Shown here piece after piece: positions 36,853 to 45,167 of a stretch of 64,000 bases of DNA. The first letter of the stretch is position 1, and every line of letters begins with the position of its first letter. Source of the DNA: Treponemataceae bacterium (GTDB lineage Bacteria; Spirochaetota; Spirochaetia; Treponematales; Rectinemataceae). The stretch spans positions 448,001-512,000 of the forward strand of contig CAXXVZ010000004.1 in NCBI GenBank assembly GCA_963678065.2. The letters are read 5' to 3'. A model generated the notes under the pieces. The model made no database searches. It was given only the letters and a program-made list of their open reading frames with translations, and had not been told where the DNA came from. The position numbers and the translations under genes were made by a program.

Positions 36853-38157
36853 TTACTTTTTGGCACGCCAGGCATCCACGGCCTTCTGCATGTCGGCGGC
36901 AACTACGGCCGGTGTTGTGGTTCCGAGGCCGATGGACTGGAGACCGTCATTCAGAACATTGTAGATGCTCGGATCGAGAACGCCATCGAGGACGTAGCAG
37001 GTCTTGGGGATGGTATCGTAGTAGCCGACGAGCTTGGTGGTGAGAGGCTCGACCTTGGAACTTTTCACGCCCTTGAGGGTCGGGATGTAGGAGCCGGCCT
37101 CGTAGCGGAGGGTCTGGACTTCCTTGGAATACAGGTACTTGACGAGGCGGACGGCGGCCTTCTCCTTGGCGGAGCCGGCGGGCAGGTTCGCAGAGATGCC
37201 GTAGCCGACGCCCGCGATGGCGGAGACGATGCCGGGGTTCTTCTCGCCGGGGATGGCGGGGAAGTTCATGAGGACAAAGTCGGATTCCTGGGCCTTGGGC
37301 GTGATGAGGGCGACGCCGGAAGCCTTGTCCGTGATGTAGGCGCCGACTCTCCAGTCGCCGTCGACGATGATGGCGGCCTTGCCGGAAGCGAAGCTCGCGG
37401 GACCTTCGCCGTAGCCGACCTGGTTTCCTTCTTTCGCGAGGACGCCGTCCTTGTACATAGTCTCGACGAAGGCGAGCGCATCGACGAAGGCCTTGTCGGT
37501 GAACTTGGCCTTGCCGGCCTTCACGTCATCGATGAACTTGTCGCCGACCAGGCGGCCGGAGACGGTGGAGAAGAGGCAGGACTGCATGGGCCACTTGTCG
37601 AGATCGGGGATGGACATAACCTGGATTCCCTTGAGCTTGAGCTTGGGAACCATCTTCTTGAGGTCGGCGTAGGTCTCGGGGAGGTCGAAACCGTTGTCGG
37701 CGAGGAGCTTCTTGTTCACATACATCGTGGTGGTGTAGGTGATGGACTGGGGAAGCTCGGCCACGTAGTTGCCGGCCTGGGCTGCGGGATCGACGGCGGC
37801 AGGTACAAATCCGGCGAGGTAGTCCTTGCCGAGCAGCTTCGTGAGATCCTTGGCGAGCTTGTTCTCGTGGATCAGGGCGGAGCGGCCCGAGGGCCACATG
37901 TAGAAGACGTCGGGGAGGTTGCCGGAGGCGATGTAGGCCTGCATCTTCTGGTGGAAGGGCTCGTTGAAGAGCTCTTCTTTGACCAAGTTGATGTCGGGAT
38001 TGTCCTTGACGAACTTCGCCCAGATTCCCTGATCGACGTCGTAGCCCGCCTGGGTCGCGTCGATGTAATAGAAAACATTGAGAGTCACTTTGTCCTGCGC
38101 CATGAGGCCGGACGCCACGACCGCGAGCATCATGAGCGCGACGAGCAGTTTCTTCAT
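36853..38157 (-). CDS. Sugar ABC substrate-binding protein
   Basis: Start MKKLLVAL at 38157 with AAGGAGG; signal peptide; SGNLPDVF, FASGKAAI, DGDW. Confidence 0.92.
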   Translation of the reverse strand: MKKLLVALMMLAVVASGLMAQDKVTLNVFYYIDATQAGYDVDQGIWAKFVKDNPDINLVKEELFNEPFHQKMQAYIASGNLPDVFYMWPSGRSALIHENKLAKDLTKLLGKDYLAGFVPAAVDPAAQAGNYVAELPQSITYTTTMYVNKKLLADNGFDLPETYADLKKMVPKLKLKGIQVMSIPDLDKWPMQSCLFSTVSGRLVGDKFIDDVKAGKAKFTDKAFVDALAFVETMYKDGVLAKEGNQVGYGEGPASFASGKAAIIVDGDWRVGAYITDKASGVALITPKAQESDFVLMNFPAIPGEKNPGIVSAIAGVGYGISANLPAGSAKEKAAVRLVKYLYSKEVQTLRYEAGSYIPTLKGVKSSKVEPLTTKLVGYYDTIPKTCYVLDGVLDPSIYNVLNDGLQSIGLGTTTPAVVAADMQKAVDAWRAKK

Positions 38158-38254
38158 GAAAACCTCCTTGCTGGCTTTTGACGGCCATGTAAAACCCAAT
38201 TCCGATCGGTGCGGTCGGATCGCCCGAGGCGCCCGCCGCCCGATACATCCACAA

Positions 38255-39412
38255 TCACTCGCTTCCGAGTCCCGGCAAACCCTTCTCTCCGAGAAGCCTC
38301 TCGAAAGCCATGCCGGCCGCCCCGCAGGAGACCGCCGCGTCGCCGAAACTCGAATAACCGATGACAACATCCTTGGGGTAGGGATACATCCAGTTCTCCT
38401 CCAGTCTCTTCCTGAGGAGCTCGGGGAAACGGGGACCGAGGATGTCTATGTCCCCGCCGATGAAGATGTGGTTGAAATCCATCGTGTTGACCAGCATGGC
38501 CATGTTCCGGGCGAGTTCGTCCGTCACCCTGGCGTGGGCCTCGCGGTCGGTGTCGATGCGTCCGAGGACTTCCTTGGGCAGGGAGAACTGGAGCTCGCCC
38601 GGGCCATCGCAGAAGGCGGATCTGAACTCGCCCGCGTTCCCGTGCTGCCCGGAATACACTTTTCCGCCGAAAACCGTGCCGAACCCGACTCCGAGCCCTC
38701 CGTACTGTCCGAGGGACATCCTGTCCTTCCGGTACTCGACGAGTGCGAAGAGGAAATCCCTGAGCTTGTTCGAGCGCTGGAATGAAAGCTCGCCCCAGGC
38801 ACAGCAGTTGGCGTCGTTTTCTATGTAGCAGGAAACATCCAGCCTGGAGGCGACGCACTCGGCGAAATCGATCGGAGTCTTGATGGCGAGCGGCACGGAA
38901 TAGTTTATGATCTTTCTGGCCGGGTCGATGAGGCCGCCGGTCCCGATGCCGATGCCGAGGAGCCTGTCGCAGTCGGTCCCGCGTGCGCCTGAGGGCGAAC
39001 CTTCAGGGACGCAGAAGGCCGCCCGGCACTGTCTGATGATGCCGAGAACCGTTTCGGCAAAATCTTCCGCCCTGATGAGGGCTGCGCCGCGGAGCTCGGC
39101 GAGTATGACGCCGGAGAGGTCGACGAGGACGGCGACCCAGCTCTCGACCTGTATCTCGATTCCGATGAGGACTCCGTAGCGGGAGTTGAGGCTGAGGTGG
39201 ATGGGACGCCGTCCGCCGCGGGACGAGGCGTCGCCCTCGGAGACTTCCCGGATGAGACCCATGGCGAGGAGGGCCGAGACTTGATTCGTGATCGTGGATT
39301 TATCGAGTCCGAGTTCCTGGGCGAGGGCAATTCTCGAGATATCCGGGTTCTGCCGGACAGTCTTGATTATGCGTTCCGTAGTCGCCCTGCCGCTCTCTTT
39401 CGCTCGTGCCAC
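38255..39412 (-). CDS. ROK-family transcriptional repressor
   Basis: N-terminal HTH (ISRIALAQELGLDKSTIT), GGRRP, IENDANCCAWGE, AGEF. Confidence 0.93.
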   Translation of the reverse strand: MARAKESGRATTERIIKTVRQNPDISRIALAQELGLDKSTITNQVSALLAMGLIREVSEGDASSRGGRRPIHLSLNSRYGVLIGIEIQVESWVAVLVDLSGVILAELRGAALIRAEDFAETVLGIIRQCRAAFCVPEGSPSGARGTDCDRLLGIGIGTGGLIDPARKIINYSVPLAIKTPIDFAECVASRLDVSCYIENDANCCAWGELSFQRSNKLRDFLFALVEYRKDRMSLGQYGGLGVGFGTVFGGKVYSGQHGNAGEFRSAFCDGPGELQFSLPKEVLGRIDTDREAHARVTDELARNMAMLVNTMDFNHIFIGGDIDILGPRFPELLRKRLEENWMYPYPKDVVIGYSSFGDAAVSCGAAGMAFERLLGEKGLPGLGSE

Positions 39413-39438
39413 GCTCGCCTTTCCTTGTCGTCGTTTTG

Positions 39439-39492
39439 TTGGTTGATTTTATCAACCAATCGTGGTATACCATGAGTTGTACAAACCGTCAA
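39439..39492. promoter_or_regulatory. ROK-type operator and overlapping divergent promoters
   Basis: TTGGTTGAT-TTT-ATCAACCAA (39439-39459); plus-strand TTGATT-17-TATACC and minus-strand TTGACG-17-TATACC sharing TGGTATACCA. Confidence 0.65.
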
Positions 39493-39543
39493 CAATGATT
39501 CGCAATAATTTTTTACGAACCGGTTCTGCCGGCGGGAGGAATA

Positions 39544-42210
39544 ATGGTGAGAATTGATCTCTCGGGGATCTGGTCCCTCACCCGCGTATCCGATGCATCG
39601 GTCCGCCCTATTGTCCTGCCCGGCGACATAATCTCGGCCCTTCTCGCCTCGGGTGAGATTCCCGATCCCTACTCGGGCACGAATGAGCTCGAGTTGCAGT
39701 GGGTCGGGCGCGAGGACTGGCTTCTCGCCCGCGATTTCGAGCTCGACAGGGCGATGGCGGCGATGCCTGAGCTGTTTTTCGAGGCGGAAGTCATCGATAC
39801 GGTCGCAACCGTTTCCGTGAACGGCCGGCAGATCGCGGCCTCGCGAAACATGTTCCGCAGACTCCGCGTCGATCTGTGTGGCGCCGTCGTCCCGGGGAGG
39901 AACAGGATCGAAGTCCGCATAGGCTCGCCCGAAAAGGCCGCGGTCTCAAAGGCGGCCGCCCTGCCCTACCCCGTCCCCTATTCGACCTATCCCGTGAGCT
40001 CCCCGCACCGCAACCTCCTCAGAAAGGAGCAGTGCATGTCGGGCTGGGACTGGGGTCCCTGCCTCATGACGGGCGGCATCTACGATTCGGTCGCCATCGT
40101 CTCCCACACAGGTCCCCGGATCGAGTACGCCCGCCCGCGCTTTTCCCGTTCGGGAACCAGCTGGACAGTGCGCGTCGAGCTGGATCTGTACGCGACACAT
40201 GCCTGTTCGGTCGGGATTTCGGCACTGCTCGCGGATCGGGCGACTGCGACCTTGCGAGAGACTGTGCCCCCTGCGGCCGGTCTCGCCGCCCAAAGAGAGA
40301 GTGCGATCGGGGCGACCGCGACCGAAAACACCGATGTACCGGCCGACACAATCGTGGCGACCGCGACCGAAGTCTTCGAACTGCCTGCCGGTCTCTCGAC
40401 GCGGCACGTCGCGCTCGCGGTCGAGGCACCCCGCCTGTGGTGGCCCGCCGGATACGGAAATCAGGCCCTGTACGGGCTCAGGCTCACTGTGCAGGAGACG
40501 GGCGCGGGCGCCGGGACAGGCTACGCCCTCGACATCGATATCGGCTTCAGGGAACTCGAGATGGTGGCGGAAGAGGACTCGATCGGGCGCTCCATGTATT
40601 TCCGGGTCAACGGCAGGGATATCTTCGCGAAGGGGGCCAACTGGATACCGGCCGATGCCCTGCCTTCGCGCAGGACGAGGGCGCGGCTCGAATCCCTTCT
40701 GGATTCGGCCGTCGCGGCCAACATGAACTGCCTGCGCGTCTGGGGCGGCGGCCGCTACGAGTCCGGGGAATTCTACCGGCTCTGCGACGAGAAGGGCATT
40801 CTCCTCTGGCAGGACTGCATGTTCTCCTGCGCCCTGTACCCAAGCGATGCGGACTTCCTCTCGGAAGTCGACGCGGAGATCCGCCACCAGGTGAGAAGAC
40901 TCCAGCACCATCCCTCGCTCGCACTCTGGTGCGGCAACAACGAAGCCCTGGGCGCCATCGGCTGGTACGAGGAATCGCGCAAGAACCCGGAGCGGTACTA
41001 CATCGACTACGACAGGCTCAACGAGGGTGTGCTCGGCAAAGCCGTCCGCGAACTCGATCCGGACCGGACCTGGTGGCCCTCCTCTCCCTCGGCCGGCCCC
41101 GAGGACTTCAGCGACAACTGGCACGTGGACGGCCGCGGCGACATGCACTACTGGTCGGTCTGGCACGAGGGCAAGCCCTTCTCCGCCTACCTCGACGTGA
41201 AACCACGATTCTGCTCGGAGTTCGGCTTCCAGTCCTTCCCCTCGGCGAGGACGGTCGCCGGCTTTGCGCCCGCCGATCAGCGAAACGTGACGAGCCCCGT
41301 CATGGAGCATCACCAGCGCCATCCGAAGGGCAATTCCCTCATCCTCGACACCATGACGCGCTACTTCAGGATGCCATCGGGCTTCGCGGCGACCCTCTAC
41401 CTCTCCCAGGTTCAGCAGGCCATGGCGATCCGGACCGCCGTGGAATGGTGGCGCTCGCTCCGGCCCGAGTGCATGGGGACACTGTACTGGCAGCTGGGCG
41501 ACGTCTGGCCGGCCGCGAGCTGGTCCAGCCTCGAATACGACGGAAGCTGGAAGCTCCTCCACTATGAAGCCAGACGCTTCTACGCTCCCCTCCACCTTGC
41601 CCTCATCGAGAAGGGCGGTGAAATCCGCGCCGTGGGCATGAACGACACAAAGATTCCGCGGGCGGGCAGGCTCCAGGTGAGGATACTCGGGTTCGACGAC
41701 AGCACGGTCGCTCAGTGGCAGGAGGAGACAGAGATTCCCGCCGATGCCTCGACATGCCTGTGGAGGGCGCGGAAGGAGGCGCTTCCGGGCGATCCAACCC
41801 GCAGCTTCGTCCACGCCGAATGGATACCGGCAGAGTATGACGAGAGGAACACACTCGGGCCGGATTGCCCGGCTTCCGGAGGCGGCAAGGATGGGCAGGA
41901 AAATCCGGAAAGCCTCTCAGCCTGGATGTTCCGGACCGAGCCGAAGCGCTGCAATCTGCCCGACCCGGCCATCTTCCGGGAAGTCAGCCGGCTCTCCGAC
42001 AACTCCTTCAGTATCCGGCTCTCCGCCGAATCCTGCGCCTTCCACGTACAACCTGTTGCCGCGACGATGGGCGGGCATTTTTCGGATGCGGGTTTTGTCC
42101 TCCTGCCCGGAAAGCCCATCCTGATCGGTTTCGAGGCGAACGGGGTTCACACGGCGCAGGAAGTGGAGGAATCCCTGGAACTGTGGCATCTCGCGGCAAG
42201 TTACCGCTGA
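39544..42210 (+). CDS. Beta-mannosidase, glycoside hydrolase family 2
   Basis: RKEQCMSGWDWGP, KGANWIP, RVWGGG, WCGNNE, GDMHYW, SEFGFQS, LYWQLGDVWP. Confidence 0.93.
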   Translation: MVRIDLSGIWSLTRVSDASVRPIVLPGDIISALLASGEIPDPYSGTNELELQWVGREDWLLARDFELDRAMAAMPELFFEAEVIDTVATVSVNGRQIAASRNMFRRLRVDLCGAVVPGRNRIEVRIGSPEKAAVSKAAALPYPVPYSTYPVSSPHRNLLRKEQCMSGWDWGPCLMTGGIYDSVAIVSHTGPRIEYARPRFSRSGTSWTVRVELDLYATHACSVGISALLADRATATLRETVPPAAGLAAQRESAIGATATENTDVPADTIVATATEVFELPAGLSTRHVALAVEAPRLWWPAGYGNQALYGLRLTVQETGAGAGTGYALDIDIGFRELEMVAEEDSIGRSMYFRVNGRDIFAKGANWIPADALPSRRTRARLESLLDSAVAANMNCLRVWGGGRYESGEFYRLCDEKGILLWQDCMFSCALYPSDADFLSEVDAEIRHQVRRLQHHPSLALWCGNNEALGAIGWYEESRKNPERYYIDYDRLNEGVLGKAVRELDPDRTWWPSSPSAGPEDFSDNWHVDGRGDMHYWSVWHEGKPFSAYLDVKPRFCSEFGFQSFPSARTVAGFAPADQRNVTSPVMEHHQRHPKGNSLILDTMTRYFRMPSGFAATLYLSQVQQAMAIRTAVEWWRSLRPECMGTLYWQLGDVWPAASWSSLEYDGSWKLLHYEARRFYAPLHLALIEKGGEIRAVGMNDTKIPRAGRLQVRILGFDDSTVAQWQEETEIPADASTCLWRARKEALPGDPTRSFVHAEWIPAEYDERNTLGPDCPASGGGKDGQENPESLSAWMFRTEPKRCNLPDPAIFREVSRLSDNSFSIRLSAESCAFHVQPVAATMGGHFSDAGFVLLPGKPILIGFEANGVHTAQEVEESLELWHLAASYR

Positions 42211-42443
42211 TGTTCTTAGCCAGTGTTTCTTATTGAAACATACGATAGTGTCAAAATGAAGCATTCCGTGTTCCAAAGGCACAGCCTGGGCCTGCTCCAG
42301 TGGCGGTCCTGACCCGGGGTATCCTCAAAAATGAGTCCGGGCGCATGAAAATGAGAAAACACCCCGTGCACCGGAATTTCTATTTCATTCAGGTACAAAA
42401 ATTTACTTTTATTGCATAATTTCCCTCACCAAAACACAAAACT

Positions 42444-42459
42444 TGGCACGCATCATGCT
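42444..42459 (+). promoter_or_regulatory. Sigma54 (-24/-12) promoter of hsp20
   Basis: TGGCACGCATCATGCT has GG and GC at canonical spacing; AT-rich tract and palindromes upstream. Confidence 0.7.
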
Positions 42460-42585
42460 TATCTATTTGTGAGCGCCGATAAGGGCTCGGACAGCGAGGA
42501 AGAATGGCAGGCCCGTGAGGCACGCGCTTCCCGCCTATGGTTCCTGAAACGGGAACCGACAGAATGACCCATGGAGGGTATTTGT

Positions 42586-43038
42586 ATGAAAAGCATGAAT
42601 GTTTACGACTTGGCTTTCCCGGCTCTGCGCGGCACCGTGGTCACCGACCCCTTTGCCCTTCTCGACAGTTTCTTCTCGGATGACTTCGTTTTCGGACGCG
42701 AGACCCGCGGCCCTGTGGTCGATGTCCGCGAGGAGAAGGATTCCTACCTGATCGAGGCCGAGCTGCCCGGACTGAGCGAGAAAGATATCAAGCTCGAACT
42801 GAAGGACAATGTCCTCACCATGTCCACGGCGCACGATGAGGAGAAGAACGAAAAGGCTCCGGAGGCCGGATGGATGCGCCGCGAGCGCCGCAGCTTCCGC
42901 TTCAGCCGCAGCTTCGCTCTCCCCGAGGACACCGACCAGGAGTCCGTGAAAGCCACCTTCAAGGATGGCCTTCTCACGGTCGTCGTCGCGAAGAAGCCCG
43001 AGACGGCTCCCAAAGTCGTCCAGGTGAACGTGAACTGA
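42586..43038 (+). CDS. Hsp20/alpha-crystallin small heat-shock protein
   Basis: VDVRE..AELPG, RER...FSRSFALP, ATFKDGLLTV; GGAGG at 42573-42577 favours ATG 42586. Confidence 0.95.
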   Translation: MKSMNVYDLAFPALRGTVVTDPFALLDSFFSDDFVFGRETRGPVVDVREEKDSYLIEAELPGLSEKDIKLELKDNVLTMSTAHDEEKNEKAPEAGWMRRERRSFRFSRSFALPEDTDQESVKATFKDGLLTVVVAKKPETAPKVVQVNVN

Positions 43039-43092
43039 TATCCGAAAATCCCTGGGCGGGCGCGGGGATGCACGCCCGCGAAAAAAATGACT

Positions 43093-43127
43093 AAAGGAGC
43101 CGGGAAGCGATTCCCGGCTCCTTTTTT
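43093..43127 (+). terminator. Intrinsic terminator of hsp20
   Basis: AAAGGAGCCGGGAA-GCGA-TTCCCGGCTCCTTTTTT. Confidence 0.9.
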
Positions 43128-43182
43128 CATGGACCACGGTTCGGGGCTGAGCGCGGGCATCTTCCTGGAATTCCGGAAAAAC

Positions 43183-43198
43183 CGTAACTGATGTTACG
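43183..43198 (+). promoter_or_regulatory. CRP/FNR-family (HcpR-like) palindrome
   Basis: Perfect CGTAAC-TGAT-GTTACG about 90 bp upstream of the ferredoxin-like gene. Confidence 0.6.
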
Positions 43199-43287
43199 AA
43201 TCATCCGGGCGCACTGTGCTAGATTTCCGACATCGCAAAGCTGAATGGCCGGAGATTTTTCCCGGCCGGCTTCCAGAGGAGAGCATT

Positions 43288-43923
43288 GTGGCGACACGGC
43301 AGATAATCGAGATAGACCAGGATAAATGCAACGGCTGCGGGGCCTGCGAGACAGGCTGTCACGAGGGCGCGCTCAGGATCATCAACGGCGTGGCCCGACT
43401 GGTCGGAGAGAACCTCTGCGACGGACTCGGCGCCTGCCTGGGCAATTGCCCATTCGGAGCGATCACCGTGGTCGAACGGGAAGCTGAGGACTACGACGAG
43501 GCCAAGGTCATGGCGGGCAAGCACCCCGCTCCGGCCGCCGTCATTCCCTCGGCACTCTCGCACTGGCCGATCCAGCTCCACCTCGTCAATCCGCGCGCGC
43601 GCCAGTTCGAGAATGCCGATCTCCTCGTCGCAGCCGACTGCACTGCCTTCGCCCTCGGATCCTTCCACGGCGAGCTCCTGGAAGGGCGAAGCCTTGTCAT
43701 CGCCTGCCCCAAGCTCGACTCGGGTCGGGAGCTCTACCTCGAAAAACTGGCTGTCCTTCTGGCCTCCGCCGCGACGGTGACTGTCGCCATCATGGAAGTG
43801 CCCTGCTGCTCAGGCCTCCTCAAGCTTGTGCTCGATGTGCGCGACAGGCTCACCGGGCACAGGCAGGTCAATGCGGTCATCGTGGGAATAGAGGGCGGCT
43901 TCGTGGCGCGAAAGACATTCTAG
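43288..43923 (+). CDS. 4Fe-4S ferredoxin-domain protein (FrdX-like, usually hcp-associated)
   Basis: CNGCGACETGC, CDGLGACLGNCP, WPIQL, AADC, ACPKLD, MEVPCC; GTG start with GAGGAG RBS. Confidence 0.85.
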   Translation: MATRQIIEIDQDKCNGCGACETGCHEGALRIINGVARLVGENLCDGLGACLGNCPFGAITVVEREAEDYDEAKVMAGKHPAPAAVIPSALSHWPIQLHLVNPRARQFENADLLVAADCTAFALGSFHGELLEGRSLVIACPKLDSGRELYLEKLAVLLASAATVTVAIMEVPCCSGLLKLVLDVRDRLTGHRQVNAVIVGIEGGFVARKTF

Positions 43924-43995
43924 GGCCGCGCCGAAGATTGTCGCGGTGCCGGGCGGTCTGCTGGCGGTCCCGGCACCAGTCAGGTCGAGGTTTTT

Positions 43996-45111
43996 CTACT
44001 TCAGGTTTTCCGGATTGAGGCACTCGAGCTCGGGCAGGACGAAGAGGCCGTCCTTGCGGACGAGACGGCCGTCGAACCGTATCTCGCCGCCGCCCCAGTC
44101 CGGTCTCTGGATGAGGACGAGATCCCAGTGGAGGGCGGAGCGGTTGCCGTTGAAGCAGTCGTCGTAGGCGTTGCCCGGGGTGAAGTGGATGGAGCCCGCT
44201 ATCTTCTCGTCGAAGAGGGTCTCCTTCATGGGCGAGGTGATGAAGGGATTGACGCCGATCGCGAATTCCCCGACGTAGCGCGCGCCCTCGTCGATGTCGA
44301 ATACCCGGTTGATCCGGGCTGTGTCGTTCGAACTCGCGCCGACGATTTTTCCCTTCTCGAAGTCGAGCACGATCTTCTCGTAGGTAAAACCGTCCTTCTC
44401 GCTCGGGGTATTGTACGAAATCCGGCCGTTCACCGAGTCGCGGAGGGGCGCAGTGTACACTTCCCCGTCGGGGATATTCATGCTGCCATCGCACTTGACA
44501 GGAGGCAGTCCTTTGATCGAGAAGGACAGGTCTGTGCCGGGTCCGCGGATCTCGACTCTGTCGGTAGCGGCCATGAGGGCGACGAGCGGGTCCATGGCTC
44601 GGGACATCTTTCCGTAATCCATCGTGCAGACCGAGAAATAGAAGTCCTCGAAGGCTTCCTCGCTCATCGACGCCGCCATGGCCATGGCGGCTGAGGGGTA
44701 GCGCAGGACGACCCAGCGGGTATTCGGGACGCGCTCCTCGATGTGGACTTTTTTCCAGATGTGGCGGTTGTAGAGCTCGAGCTTGTCGGAGGGAATGTCC
44801 GACCAGGCGTACTGGTTGCGCAGGCTCGAGAAGCCGATGAAGACATCCATCTCCTTCATGCGCTCTCGCTCGAAGCGAGCCTGGAGCTCGAAAAACTCTT
44901 CACTCCCCCGCCGGTAGAGGGCGCGCTCGATCGTCCTGTCCCGCAACGCCACGAAGGGGATTCCCCCGGCGTCGTGTACAGCCTCGATCAGGGCTTTCAC
45001 GAACTCGGGTTCCGTGTTGGTGTTCTGGATCAGAACTTTTTCTCCGGCTTGGACCCTGGTGGAAAAATTCACCAGTATGTCGGCGAGTTTCTTCAGTCTC
45101 GGATCGGTCAT
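43996..45111 (-). CDS. Aminopeptidase, peptidase family M29 (AmpS/PepS-like)
   Basis: NIPDGEVYTAP, GEFAIG, LFDEKIAGSIHFTPGNAY, SALHWD. Confidence 0.92.
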   Translation of the reverse strand: MTDPRLKKLADILVNFSTRVQAGEKVLIQNTNTEPEFVKALIEAVHDAGGIPFVALRDRTIERALYRRGSEEFFELQARFERERMKEMDVFIGFSSLRNQYAWSDIPSDKLELYNRHIWKKVHIEERVPNTRWVVLRYPSAAMAMAASMSEEAFEDFYFSVCTMDYGKMSRAMDPLVALMAATDRVEIRGPGTDLSFSIKGLPPVKCDGSMNIPDGEVYTAPLRDSVNGRISYNTPSEKDGFTYEKIVLDFEKGKIVGASSNDTARINRVFDIDEGARYVGEFAIGVNPFITSPMKETLFDEKIAGSIHFTPGNAYDDCFNGNRSALHWDLVLIQRPDWGGGEIRFDGRLVRKDGLFVLPELECLNPENLK

Positions 45112-45167
45112 TCCCGCGCTCCTTGGTCGATTATGTCACTCTCGGGGAGGTCTCAGGTCCCGTCGCT

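Noticed and set aside
42380..42585. CIRCE/HrcA operator for hsp20
   Set aside because: No TTAGCACTC-N9-GAGTGCTAA; the TTGGCAC match fits a sigma54 element better
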